Of a stretch of DNA of 23,308 bases, positions 8,801-17,352 are shown piece by piece. The stretch covers positions 1 through 23,308 of the forward strand of contig CAZOYL010000029.1 of the NCBI GenBank assembly GCA_964584035.1, given 5' to 3'. The notes below the pieces were generated by a model. The model made no database searches, was not told the origin of the DNA, and worked only from the letters and a program-made list of their open reading frames with translations. A program made the position numbers and the translations under genes. The DNA is from an uncultured Gemmatimonadota bacterium (GTDB taxonomy: Bacteria > SM23-81). Every line of letters starts with the position of its first letter. Positions within the stretch are counted from its first letter, which is position 1.

Positions 8801-9050
8801 CGTGCCGCATATCCTTTTTGATGAGATCATAAGCCTGCTCGCTGTACTGAGCCACGAAATCGGCCAGCTCTCTTTCCCCATCATAGAAGTATATGTCAAA
8901 ATGGGGCGATTGGAGATAATACCAATCGAAGTCCTTATATTGGACCTTGTTCTTTCCAAAATTCTGAGCGCCGACTCCGGAAGACCAACCTATCACCATG
9001 AGGCCTACTATCAGAAGCCATATGCTTCTGCGAGACACTTTGTCCATCAT
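5868..9050 (-). CDS. Omp85-superfamily protein: gluzincin (peptidase MA-like) domain, PD40/TolB-like propeller and C-terminal beta-barrel, no POTRA
   Basis: Signal peptide then QNFGKNKVQY; HEVTH plus PLWMVEGLAEY; repeated PAFSPHG/WSPDG/PSWSPSG/PVWSPDG/PAWSPQG/PSWSGDG; barrel motifs FYLGG, PLRGF, NLEFRYP, LFMDAAGAW and terminal YFSLGAEF. Start placed at ATG 9050 behind GAGAGGGA (ORF track start 9065). Confidence 0.85.
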   Translation of the reverse strand: MMDKVSRRSIWLLIVGLMVIGWSSGVGAQNFGKNKVQYKDFDWYYLQSPHFDIYFYDGERELADFVAQYSEQAYDLIKKDMRHDIRKSIPIIIYKSQNDFQQTNVILELLDEGVGGFTEFFKNRVVMPHNGAYEDYRHTLHHEVTHAIMMDMLYGGVVESLIRRQHFFIPPLWMVEGLAEYESLGWDKNSDMFLRDATISGYLYPLNAVYGYMNYKQGQSVVRYIASRYGGEKLGEILSKGRLHRDMEKALKSSIGMGVKELDEEWSKAQRMQYWPEIARRQEAKEFSRQLTDHTEDGSSFNMKPAFSPHGNRLVFFSNRSDYTDIYLLSAIDGQVLDRLVKGERSGGLESLAFYRSSIGWSPDGEHIVFVAKSSGANALYILRVKNKKILKKYQFPLDLIASPSWSPSGERIVFTGLRNGQADLYMLENETGRLTRLMEDSYDDVEPVWSPDGQRVAFTSDRPVEPKEPADSTFTYGDYNIFVLDLAGGKISAVVTAEGQQRSPAWSPQGDKLCYTSDENGISNLYIADLDRQEQYPITDVLGGCFTPSWSGDGKRLAFSYFQKGGWDLYVMKDPLSGSVLADPLTPTPFVAGMRGETRYLAATPEGSMVSFAPAELGALSAAAMDTAAGRAVSDSSEAIAQADSTVGNDLPAAGKDSVMVPIALDGFLGDSLLAAIEEEAAVEAIPDTIPLTLGPRKYRVRFTPDILSGAMGYDTYYGFQGESVLAISDLLGNHRFYLYTSLFYSLSESDFQLAYYYLPRRIDFGIGVFHLKNYFIDQYSRLFSDRLYGGYASLSRPFNKFNRIDMAFQGVTIDRYYYDPPYDDDITRLFQMSSSLVHDTVLWGNTGPVNGSRWKLSAEYAPRVSDSAQTYSRWMMDYRRYIDYRKKYNFVYRLAAGASLGRDAPQFYLGGTSNWLDAQFHRGDQYYSVEDIYFVDRITPLRGFNYNELQGSRFGLINLEFRYPFIDYLIVHWPLRFGISGVNGALFMDAAGAWDETESFKGGSTKGGAHLRDLKTGFGFGSRANLGIFVLRFDAAWKTDFQEISAKPKTYFSLGAEF

Positions 9051-9132
9051 TTGTTTCCCTCTCATCTATAAGACCCGCCGGCCAAGCCCGGCGGTCATCA
9101 GAAATAAGCCGCCTGATGCCCGGTGAACGGGA

Positions 9133-10401
9133 TCATTGGCGAACCCGCCGGATATCCGCTCCCAGGCCCCGCAGTTTCTCCTCGATGTGTTCATACCCTC
9201 GATCGATATGATAGATACGCAGCACATCGGTCTGCCCCCCGGCGATCAAACCGGCTAATACCAAAGCGGCGCTGGCCCTTAGATCGGAGGCCATCACAGG
9301 AGCTCCGCTGCATCCTTTCACGCCCGCGATCACGGCCACATTGCCGTCCAGCTTGATATCCATTCCCAGACGGCGAAGCTCGGGAACATGGGTGAAACGA
9401 TCGGGGAATATGGTTTCGGTGACGACGCTGGTGCCGGGCGCCAGGCCCAGCAGAGTCATGAACTGAGCCTGCAGATCGGTGGGGAATCCCGGATAGGGAG
9501 CCGTGGTGATATCCACGGGACAAAGGGGAACAGCCCCCCTGACCACCACAGAACCGTCTCCTCGGCTGACCTTTACGCCCGCCTCCTGCAACTTTCCAAT
9601 GACGGCGGAGAGATGATCATATTGGACGCCTTTAAGCGTCACCTTCCCCGCGGTGATGGCGGCGGCCACCATGAAGGTGCCGGCCTCGATTCGATCGGGT
9701 ATCACCCGCCGGCGGACGGCCTGCAGTTCACCGACGCCCTGGATGTCTATGGTATGACTGCCGATCCCCGTGATGCTGGCACCCATGGCATTGAGCATCT
9801 TTCCCAGGGCGGCGATCTCCGGTTCACGGGCGGCATTCTGTATCCGGGTCGCGCCCGTTGCCAGCGTGGCCGCCATCATGGCGTTGGCCGTCGCTCCCAC
9901 GCTGGAGAGGTCGAAATCGATGACGGCCCCGCGTAACTTTTTCGCTCTGGCTACAATATAGCCATGCTGTATATCAACCCGAGCGCCCAGGGCCCGCATG
10001 GCCTTGATATGGAGATTCACCGGCCTGGGTCCCAGAGCGCAGCCTCCGGGCAGGGAAACCCTGGCTCGGCCAAAACGGGCCAGCAGCGGACCCAGCACAT
10101 AGATCGAGGCTCGCATGGTTCGGACCAGCTCATAGGGCGCTTCCATATGTGAAATACCGGAAGCATCGATATCGATCGAGTGGCCCCTCCTCTCGACTCG
10201 TGCTCCAAGGACACGCAGGACATCGGAAAAAGTGTGGATATCTTTAAGAAGCGGCACGTTGGAAAGGTGCGTCCGGCCGGATGGCAGAATCGCAGCGGCC
10301 ATCATAGGCAGGGCGGCATTTTTAGAACCGCTGATCTGCACCGTTCCGGAGAGTTTCTTTCCTCCAGTGACGACGATTCGGTCCAGGATCCCCTCCCGCA
10401 T
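9133..10401 (-). CDS. murA: UDP-N-acetylglucosamine 1-carboxyvinyltransferase
   Basis: GSKNAALP, MRASIYVLGPL, SLPGGCALGPRPVNLH (active-site Cys), SVGAT, NAAREPE, PDRIEAGT, PGFPTDLQAQ, DLRASA, IDRGYE. Start at 10401 (ATG) or 10386 (CTG), not 10503. Confidence 0.97.
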   Translation of the reverse strand: MREGILDRIVVTGGKKLSGTVQISGSKNAALPMMAAAILPSGRTHLSNVPLLKDIHTFSDVLRVLGARVERRGHSIDIDASGISHMEAPYELVRTMRASIYVLGPLLARFGRARVSLPGGCALGPRPVNLHIKAMRALGARVDIQHGYIVARAKKLRGAVIDFDLSSVGATANAMMAATLATGATRIQNAAREPEIAALGKMLNAMGASITGIGSHTIDIQGVGELQAVRRRVIPDRIEAGTFMVAAAITAGKVTLKGVQYDHLSAVIGKLQEAGVKVSRGDGSVVVRGAVPLCPVDITTAPYPGFPTDLQAQFMTLLGLAPGTSVVTETIFPDRFTHVPELRRLGMDIKLDGNVAVIAGVKGCSGAPVMASDLRASAALVLAGLIAGGQTDVLRIYHIDRGYEHIEEKLRGLGADIRRVRQ

Positions 10402-10428
10402 GGTAGGATATGAGGCCTCTAAAAAATT

Positions 10429-10457
10429 AAAATACGCCTCCGGTGGGAGCTTGTCAA
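10429..10457 (-). promoter_or_regulatory. Sigma70-type promoter for murA
   Basis: Minus strand TTGACA (10457-10452), 17 bp spacer, TATTTT (10434-10429). Confidence 0.65.
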
Positions 10458-10553
10458 GTTTTCTTTTCCGCCTCCTTTTCGGTCGACCAGGGCCGAGCCG
10501 CACAGGTTAGACCGTTGTGCCGGCCCCGATATTCCGCCTATTTTCCTAACCCC

Positions 10554-10586
10554 AAAAAAGCCACCGGGCGACGGCAGCCCGGTGGC
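10554..10586 (-). terminator. Rho-independent terminator after the 10612-11799 gene
   Basis: Minus strand GCCACCGGGC, 7-nt loop, GCCCGGTGGC, then TTTTTT. Confidence 0.85.
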
Positions 10587-10611
10587 CAATGGTGAATATG
10601 ATCGGTCTGAT

Positions 10612-11799
10612 TCAGCGCAGCAACACCATTTTCATCACCTGGGAGTGACCTTGAGCCTCAAAGGAACAGAAATAGAGCCCGCTGCCGGCCGGCTGGCCTT
10701 TTTCCGTTTGACCATTCCAGCCGACCACGTGCCGGCCGGCCTCTTGATGGCCATCCACCAGTGTCTTGACCAGCTCGCCGCGAACGTCATAGATCCTGAT
10801 CAGCACCGGCGAGGCCCTGGGGATGATATAGCTTACTTGAGTACCAGCGTTGAACGGATTGGGGTAGTTCTGGAGAAGCTGGAATTCCCGGGGCTGAGCA
10901 TCTGATGACAGGGGAGCGGCTGTTACCGTTCCATGGACCGTCCTGTGGCCGTCGAAGCTGACATCCTGAAGCTGGTATTGATAGCTTTTCCCGGGCGTCA
11001 CCTGGCGATCGATCCATCGGTAGCTCTGGGGGGATTGTGAATGTCCGTCCGCCGTGGAAGGGATCAGCCGTTCCGTCAGGGGCAGGAAAGATCCCTGAAA
11101 ACCGTCCCTGCGGAGAATATGAAAACCCAGATTCCCCTGTTCGCTCTGGGTGGTCCACTCCAGGATCACCTCCCCCCTTCCGGGCTCGGCCGTGAAGGAG
11201 GAAAGGAAGGCAGCGACCGCGAAATCGCTCCAGATCATATCCACGGCCCGGGGTATCTCCAGATTGTAGACCGCGAGGATATAGAAATAACAGCCTCCCG
11301 GATAAGCCAGTTGAAAATCGGCCAGAGGATTGGGGTTGGGCGCCAAGGGATCGTAAGACAGGATGATTTCAAAATAATCGCCCTTCGCTCCGATATCCTG
11401 CCCGCAGCGCTGCAGCACGTTCTGGATCAGCAGCGTCCGCTGGGCGGCATCCTGTGGATCCTCGCCGGTGCGCGCAAGGATCGCCTCCAGTTCCGACCGC
11501 AGATCGGCGGCCTGAAGAAAGGCCCCGCTCAGTTCCTCCGCGGACACCTGCAGAAACAGCCAGAAGTGCCGCGTGGCGGCGTGAGAGGAAATGGATTCTT
11601 CCCCAAAGGTGATCCAACTGAACGGATCCAGCCAGTCCGAGTAGAACTGGACATCTTCGGCCGACCGCTGGACCTGATGAACACCAAAATCGCAGTGGCC
11701 CAAAAGGCCCGCTTTCCCTCTGGCAGAGCCGGTAAACAGCGCCATACAGAGAGCGATGATGAAAGACACCCGGATCGGATAGCGCTGGCGAAAAGACAT
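10612..11799 (-). CDS. Secreted protein of unknown function: unrecognised N-domain, Fn3-like 'xxLSSF' domain and FlgD-Ig/T9SS type A-like CTD
   Basis: Start at ATG 11799 after GGAGG; signal peptide MSFRQRYPIRVSFIIALCMALFTGSARG; FLSSFTA...LEWTTQSEQGNLGFHILR...YRWID...YQYQLQDVSFDG; CTD LLQNYPNPFN...IYDVRGELVKTL...WNG...SGLYF...KMVLLR. Confidence 0.8.
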   Translation of the reverse strand: MSFRQRYPIRVSFIIALCMALFTGSARGKAGLLGHCDFGVHQVQRSAEDVQFYSDWLDPFSWITFGEESISSHAATRHFWLFLQVSAEELSGAFLQAADLRSELEAILARTGEDPQDAAQRTLLIQNVLQRCGQDIGAKGDYFEIILSYDPLAPNPNPLADFQLAYPGGCYFYILAVYNLEIPRAVDMIWSDFAVAAFLSSFTAEPGRGEVILEWTTQSEQGNLGFHILRRDGFQGSFLPLTERLIPSTADGHSQSPQSYRWIDRQVTPGKSYQYQLQDVSFDGHRTVHGTVTAAPLSSDAQPREFQLLQNYPNPFNAGTQVSYIIPRASPVLIRIYDVRGELVKTLVDGHQEAGRHVVGWNGQTEKGQPAGSGLYFCSFEAQGHSQVMKMVLLR

Positions 11800-11903
11800 G
11801 TCATCCACCTCCATACTTCGGAAAAACACCTTCGACTTTGGAGAACAGCGGTACTCCAGCTCAAGGCGGTCAGAAAATCCGTACATAGGGCAACCACCTA
11901 TAA

Positions 11904-11920
11904 CGCAAACACCATGCCAA
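11904..11920 (-). promoter_or_regulatory. Sigma54 (-24/-12) promoter
   Basis: Minus strand TTGGCATGGTGTTTGCG: GG and GC separated by exactly 10 nt, matching the TGGCAy-N5-TTGC consensus; about 105 bp upstream of the 11799 start. Confidence 0.7.
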
Positions 11921-12297
11921 ACAGCTCAGGGGAGCACGGTTATGATTCAGGAGGGCCGTCGGCAATGGCCTATCTCTAAGGAATATTGATCGTTGCGTCG
12001 ACAACCGGAGAGTCGCGAGGCCGAGATAACCTGTCCAAAGCGATGCTATTACCTGGAATTAATGAGCGAAAAGGGCATTCCCTACCCACTGTCCTGAGCA
12101 ACATCTGCCCAACATCGCGGTGTGGGCCGGCTCTGAGGCGTCCTATAAAAAAATCCGCCAGTGCGCTGCCGCATTCTGACGGAAATTCTTCTTTCTGCCG
12201 GAAAGGACTTGCCTTTCATGACAGCCGAGCTATATTACTATTTGACACTTCATTACTTTGCCGGGAAAGTTATTTTTCTATCGCCAAGGAGCATCCT

Positions 12298-13056
12298 TTG
12301 GCAGCCGGGGATACGGTCTATTTCATATCCGACGCCCACCTGGGCGAACACAGCGATCCTATGGAAAGGATCAAGGAGGAGCGTCTGACCACCTTTTTCC
12401 GGCATATCGCGGATCGTGCCGCCTGCCTGTATGTGGTCGGAGATCTATTCGATTTCTGGTTTGAATATCGACAGGTCGTTCCCTCGGGCCATCACCGCAT
12501 TCTTCACGAGCTGACCAGGCTGGTGCGCCGCGGCACGCGGGTCGTGTATCTGGCCGGCAATCACGATTTCTGGCTGGGCGATTTCTTTCCCCGGGAGATC
12601 GGGGTGGAGATATCCCGGGAGCCTGTCTCGGCTCAGCATCAGGGATTGAGTCTCTATATGGCCCATGGCGACGGGTTGGCTCAACGAGACAGGGGGTACC
12701 GGTTTCTCAAAAGAATCCTCCGGCACCCCCTGAATATCCGTCTCTATCGGTTGATACACCCGGATGTGGGCATCCCTTTGGCCAGACTGGCATCGGCCTC
12801 CAGCCGCGCCTATACCGACCAGAAAGCTCTGGAGCTGGTCAACGAATATGAACGGGAGGCTCGAAAGATCCTTTCACGCGGGTTCGACGCCGTAATCCTG
12901 GGCCACTCCCATTATCCTCTACTGCGGTCATTTGACCAGAAGACCTACCTCAACCTCGGCGACTGGATCACCCATTTCACCTATGGACGGCTCCGGGATG
13001 GAAAACTGACCCTGCAGAGCTGGAAAGGTGCCACAGCCCTACCGCAGGAGAACTAA
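12298..13056 (+). CDS. lpxH: LpxH-family UDP-2,3-diacylglucosamine diphosphatase (calcineurin-like metallophosphoesterase)
   Basis: FISDAHLG, VGDLFDFWFEY, AGNHDFW, AHGDG, GHSH, YLNLGDW. TTG start at 12298 after AAGGAG; the ORF-track extension from 11986 is non-homologous. Confidence 0.75.
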   Translation: MAAGDTVYFISDAHLGEHSDPMERIKEERLTTFFRHIADRAACLYVVGDLFDFWFEYRQVVPSGHHRILHELTRLVRRGTRVVYLAGNHDFWLGDFFPREIGVEISREPVSAQHQGLSLYMAHGDGLAQRDRGYRFLKRILRHPLNIRLYRLIHPDVGIPLARLASASSRAYTDQKALELVNEYEREARKILSRGFDAVILGHSHYPLLRSFDQKTYLNLGDWITHFTYGRLRDGKLTLQSWKGATALPQEN

Positions 13057-16000
13057 CTTCCCCCGCTTCACCTCCCCATCCCTCATCATGACAAAAAGAT
13101 ACACCCCGCTGGCAGCTGCTTGACCGTGATCATTGTTCCCCTCCCATTCGATCGTCCCGCCCGTCTCCGTTTCCTTCTCCCAGATGCGTTCCCCGGCCAG
13201 GGTCAGGATCGTCACCGTGGTTCCCGGCGGCAGGCCGCGAAAGGTGAGCAGGTCGTCCCTGGCCGGCTCGAACGGCGTGGGGGCTGCGGCGGCTCCCGAG
13301 AGGTCGGTGGCCGGCAGGGAAAAGGAGACCGCATCGCCGATACCGGAGATGACCGTTTTCTTCAGCGCCTGATTCCAAACGCCGCTGACGGTGAGGGTAT
13401 AGACGATGCCGGCTTTCTCCAGGGCCGACAGTTCCAGATGGATCCGATCGGCCTGAACAGAATCGACCCGGACCTCGTTGACCATCCCGGATGGCTCCAG
13501 AACATAATGATCTGGCGTCTGGGCGCTGACCGGGTCCACCGGTTCGCTGAAGATGAGGTCCAGCTCACGGCGGTCGAGCAACTCCGCCCGGCGAATGAAC
13601 AGCGGCTGCATCAGCTCCTCGGGCGGAGTCATAAAATCTGTACCCCCGGACTCTGACACCAGCGGCACACCGGTCGCATCCGATAGGTTGATCATTCCCA
13701 GGACATAGCCGGTCTCCGCTTCCAGAGCCCGGCTCAGGCTCAACAGCGCCCGGTGGTCTCCGCGGTCCAGAATCACCGAGGAGGGAGAGCCGACCATCTC
13801 TCGACCTGCCGCCGTCTGTATGGAATAGTGACTGGCTACCTGCGCCGAGGCTCCCATGGGCTCGTCGAATATCACCGCCAGATGTCTCCCGGTGATCACC
13901 TCCACGGAGTCAACCCGGGGCGGCGCGTTGGGCATGGCCCAGACGACCGAGGAGTAGAAACGGCTCTCCTGTCCCGCCGAATCGACCGATGTGACCGCAT
14001 AGTAATACCGCTGATTCTCCACCAGTCCGCTGTCGAGATAGGTCACGCCCACCAATCCCGCCTCCAGGCGATCCAGTTGATAATAATCCAAACCACGGTA
14101 GAGATGGTAGCTGACAGCCTGCGGTTCCGCCGTCCACTCCAGAAAAACGCGGTCCCGATCCAGAGGACGGGCGGCCAGTCCCGCAGGGGGCGGCGGGGCG
14201 CCCTGGGCATCGGCCGGCTCCAGAACGATCATATCATCCGGACCGTTGAAGGCCAGCTCCATGGCTCCATCGCCGTTCAGGTCTCCCACGAAGGGATGGT
14301 ACATAAAACCGCAGGGCGTATACCAGATAGGCGCAAAAACCCCCGGCTCGGTCTGTCCGAACACATACAGGTCCGGCAGGACGCACAGGACGATCTCTTT
14401 GTGTCCGTCTCCGGTGACGTCGGCGGCCGTGAGACCGTTGCCCTGTCCGCTGACGCCGGCGATCTCCGCGGACCAGACGACCTCGAAGACGTTATCTCCC
14501 GTAGGATGATAGACCATGATCCGCCAGAAGGTGGAGCCGGGATCATAGACGTCCGTCCGGTTGGCGGCCACGGCGAACCAGATTCCGCCTCCCGCCAGAG
14601 TATCTCCGGCTGCCAGGTAGCGGGTATCCTCCAAGCCGGTGCTGTCCGTCCAGGTGCTTTGATACTGATTGTCACCGGTCCATTCATGGATATAAATATC
14701 CCCATCGGAATCGCCGGCCAGAATCTCGGTGCGGCCGTCTCCGTCGAAATCGGCGATGGCGAATCGCGTCCCGGTGCTGTTGCGTCCTGTGGTGGGATTG
14801 GGCAGACTGGCGATCCGGATCAGGCTGTCGTCGGCCACGTTCTCGTAAATGACCACATCGGAACCCACCTCCACCTTGGAGACGATCTCCAGGCGGCCAT
14901 CTCGATCGGTATCGGCGAACTGGCTTCCCCAGACGCCGCGCTCTGTCCACACGGGATTCAGCGCATCGGGAAAGCTGCCGGAATCGGGGCTCTCGAACAG
15001 AGAGATGCTGGCATATCCGCCGGCCAGGATCTCCATCCGACCATCACCATCGGTATCGCCCACATCCCAGACCAGGTAATGGGCCTGGCTGCGAAAAGCC
15101 TCTTCCAGTGTCCCCCCGTCGCTCATCTCATACACCAGAGCCGGGCCGTAGGTGGAGGTGTCACTGAAGGCCATGAACAGCAGCTCCCGGCGGCCGTCCC
15201 GGTCCAGGTCGGTGGGACGCTGGAATTGATAGCCCAGAGGCAGCTCATCCAACAGCAGGTATCCTCCCCTCTCGACCTGCTCGAACGGGGCCGAAAGCGC
15301 GTAATATTGTCCGCCGTTGTCATCCCGCGTTCGCAGGCCGGCGGCATTCGTACAGGCTATATAGATCTGGTAATCGCCGGCGCTCAGCTCGGCGGAAAGA
15401 TCCAGGGAATGCTCGGTGCCCCAGTGGATCCCGCTGAAGATCGAGAATTCCTCCTGGCCCGAGCGGCGATAGCACACCTCCGGCAGGCTTTCATCATCGC
15501 TTCGCCACTCGGCGAAGGAAGCATAGTCCTCGCCATCCAGCCGGCGAGTTAGCCGTACGTTCTCCAGGACCGGCGGGGTATGGTCGATATGGATGACCAC
15601 CCGATCCTCCACCACGCTGCCGTCCAGCTGTTCAACCTGCAGGCGAATGGCACAGGCGGTGTCGGGCAGATGAGCGACATCCTCCCAGACCATCAGGGTT
15701 TCTTCCCAGACCTGTTGCTCGATGGGCTCCAGAATAGAATGAAATTCATCCGGGCTGAGTCCCAGCCCATAGTCCAGGCGATAGCTCTGCAGGGCGGGTC
15801 CCATGGCGGTGCCCACGATGCTCACCCGGTCATCGGCTCCCCGGCCGGTCTGCGGGTTGTGGATCCGCACGCGGGTGGTTCGTTCCATGCGCAGAGCGGC
15901 CAGCCCGTCGATGCGGCCGTTTCCGGTCTGGGCATCCCAGCCATTGGGCCCTAAATCCTCGGATGAGGCGGTGATGATGCTCCTGACCTCCTCGGCGGAC

Positions 16001-17352
16001 AGGTCCGGATCTTTCGACAGAATCAGGGCGGCCAGTCCGCTGACCTGTGCCGTGGCCATTGAGGTCCCTCCCTGAGTGCCGTAGGCATCGTCCGGGAAGG
16101 TGCTGAGGATGTTGGAGCCCGGGGCCAGCACATCCAGATTCTTGCCGAAGCTGGAAAAACCGGCCCGCTGATCGTAGACATCGGAGGCGCCAGCGGCGAT
16201 GGTCTCATCATAGCCGCCGGGATAGAACAGGCCCTCCTGGTCCACGTTGCCGGCCGCCGCCACCAGTACGCAGCCCCGCGCATAGGCATAGGCGATGACA
16301 TCCTGGATCATCGGCGAGATGCGCGGATCGCCCCAGCTCATATTGATCACCCGGGCCCCGTTGTCGGCGGCATAGACGATGCCGGCGGAGACATCGTCAT
16401 CCTCCAGGAAGGCGCCCACCGAGATGCGAAAGGACGCCCGCAGGGGCATGATCCGGGCATGCCAGCAGAGCCCGGCCACACCGAGGCCGTTATCGGCTAC
16501 GGCGGCGGCGATGCCGGACACATGGGTCCCGTGACCCAGATCATCGTCCGGGTCGTTGTCCCGCTCGAGATAGTCGCCCAGCCCGGCGAACTGGGGGGCA
16601 TCGGTAAAATCCCAGCCGCGGAGATCATCGACGTAGCCGTTGTCATCATCGTCCAGACCGTTAAAATCGGCCTCATCGACCTGTCCGTTGCCGTTCAGGT
16701 CTTCACCGGCATTAATCCAGACATTCTCGGCCAGGTCCCGGTGATGATAGTCGATGCCTGAATCCACGAATCCGATGACGATCTCCGAGCTGCCCTGTTC
16801 GATGTCCCAGGCGGCCGGCATCCGCATGGTGTTCAAAGCCCATTGCTGGCTGTAGAGGGAATCGTCCGGCACGACGCAGGGCTGACGGATATAATTGGGC
16901 TGGGCCCAGACCACCCGGGGATCGGAGCGATAAGCCTGCACGGCTCCCGGAACATCGCCATCACCGGCGAAACGCAGCAGGTAAATGTTCGACAGTCCTT
17001 CTGCTAACTGATGCACACGGGGGTTCGCCCCCGGAAGGGGGTTCGCCCCGGAATCGAACCTCGGCGTCAGAGCCTTGGTCATGGCCCATACTCCGAATTG
17101 CCGGTTGAGCCGGTCGAGACCTTCATATCCGGTGTCCGACGGCCGGTCATCGGCGATCCCCTCCTGCTTCATCGTCCCCGGGATCAGCTTGATCAGAACC
17201 TCGCCGGGGGCATAGTCGGGCGCCTCAACCTGCGCCTCGGCGCCGGCCATGACGGCCACCAGAAAAAGCACCGGCAGAAGACAATGCCTCCAAGACATCG
17301 TATTCCGGCCTCGTTTCCCGGCCACACTCTTTTCGCCCGGCGGAGCGATCAT
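13039..17352 (-). CDS. Secreted S8 subtilase with FG-GAP/VCBS repeats, Fn3 and Ig-like domains and a T9SS-like CTD
   Basis: Catalytic triad FVDSG / GHGTHVSG / [11 protein letters not shown] and oxyanion AAAGN; pro-domain GEVLIKL...VVWAQPNY; repeats [45 protein letters not shown]; Fn3 LEW...YHLYR...YYYAVTSVD; terminal ASGVYLF...KLVLLR. Start is 17352 (ATGA overlap with leuD) or 17298 (MSWRHCLL signal peptide). Confidence 0.9.
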   Translation of the reverse strand: MIAPPGEKSVAGKRGRNTMSWRHCLLPVLFLVAVMAGAEAQVEAPDYAPGEVLIKLIPGTMKQEGIADDRPSDTGYEGLDRLNRQFGVWAMTKALTPRFDSGANPLPGANPRVHQLAEGLSNIYLLRFAGDGDVPGAVQAYRSDPRVVWAQPNYIRQPCVVPDDSLYSQQWALNTMRMPAAWDIEQGSSEIVIGFVDSGIDYHHRDLAENVWINAGEDLNGNGQVDEADFNGLDDDDNGYVDDLRGWDFTDAPQFAGLGDYLERDNDPDDDLGHGTHVSGIAAAVADNGLGVAGLCWHARIMPLRASFRISVGAFLEDDDVSAGIVYAADNGARVINMSWGDPRISPMIQDVIAYAYARGCVLVAAAGNVDQEGLFYPGGYDETIAAGASDVYDQRAGFSSFGKNLDVLAPGSNILSTFPDDAYGTQGGTSMATAQVSGLAALILSKDPDLSAEEVRSIITASSEDLGPNGWDAQTGNGRIDGLAALRMERTTRVRIHNPQTGRGADDRVSIVGTAMGPALQSYRLDYGLGLSPDEFHSILEPIEQQVWEETLMVWEDVAHLPDTACAIRLQVEQLDGSVVEDRVVIHIDHTPPVLENVRLTRRLDGEDYASFAEWRSDDESLPEVCYRRSGQEEFSIFSGIHWGTEHSLDLSAELSAGDYQIYIACTNAAGLRTRDDNGGQYYALSAPFEQVERGGYLLLDELPLGYQFQRPTDLDRDGRRELLFMAFSDTSTYGPALVYEMSDGGTLEEAFRSQAHYLVWDVGDTDGDGRMEILAGGYASISLFESPDSGSFPDALNPVWTERGVWGSQFADTDRDGRLEIVSKVEVGSDVVIYENVADDSLIRIASLPNPTTGRNSTGTRFAIADFDGDGRTEILAGDSDGDIYIHEWTGDNQYQSTWTDSTGLEDTRYLAAGDTLAGGGIWFAVAANRTDVYDPGSTFWRIMVYHPTGDNVFEVVWSAEIAGVSGQGNGLTAADVTGDGHKEIVLCVLPDLYVFGQTEPGVFAPIWYTPCGFMYHPFVGDLNGDGAMELAFNGPDDMIVLEPADAQGAPPPPAGLAARPLDRDRVFLEWTAEPQAVSYHLYRGLDYYQLDRLEAGLVGVTYLDSGLVENQRYYYAVTSVDSAGQESRFYSSVVWAMPNAPPRVDSVEVITGRHLAVIFDEPMGASAQVASHYSIQTAAGREMVGSPSSVILDRGDHRALLSLSRALEAETGYVLGMINLSDATGVPLVSESGGTDFMTPPEELMQPLFIRRAELLDRRELDLIFSEPVDPVSAQTPDHYVLEPSGMVNEVRVDSVQADRIHLELSALEKAGIVYTLTVSGVWNQALKKTVISGIGDAVSFSLPATDLSGAAAAPTPFEPARDDLLTFRGLPPGTTVTILTLAGERIWEKETETGGTIEWEGNNDHGQAAASGVYLFVMMRDGEVKRGKLVLLR

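Noticed and set aside
7866..9071. Long plus-strand ORFs (also 11041-11979, 13753-15552, 17581-18753, 19882-21411, 21293-22234)
   Set aside because: Antisense shadows expected in GC-rich genes; no RBS or motifs, and each lies opposite a well-supported gene.
9066..9125. Hammerhead-like CTGATGA plus stem (CCGCCGG/CCGGCGG) on the minus strand between murA and the Omp85 gene
   Set aside because: The required GAAA after stem II is absent (reads GTCT). There is also no U-tract for a terminator and no fluoride-riboswitch 5' motif, so these are at most simple hairpins.
10402..10503. N-terminal extension of MurA in the ORF track
   Set aside because: Spans the predicted sigma70 promoter and is non-homologous to MurA.
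11986..12297. 104-aa N-terminal extension of the LpxH-like ORF
   Set aside because: Intergenic-like sequence; homology and the RBS begin at TTG 12298.
17018..17060. tRNA T-loop-like GGTTCGATTCC (minus strand) and a short GGGGCGAACCCC duplication
   Set aside because: No T-stem or cloverleaf. It lies in the protease pro-domain as a two-copy coding duplication ([12 protein letters not shown]), not a tRNA or att site.
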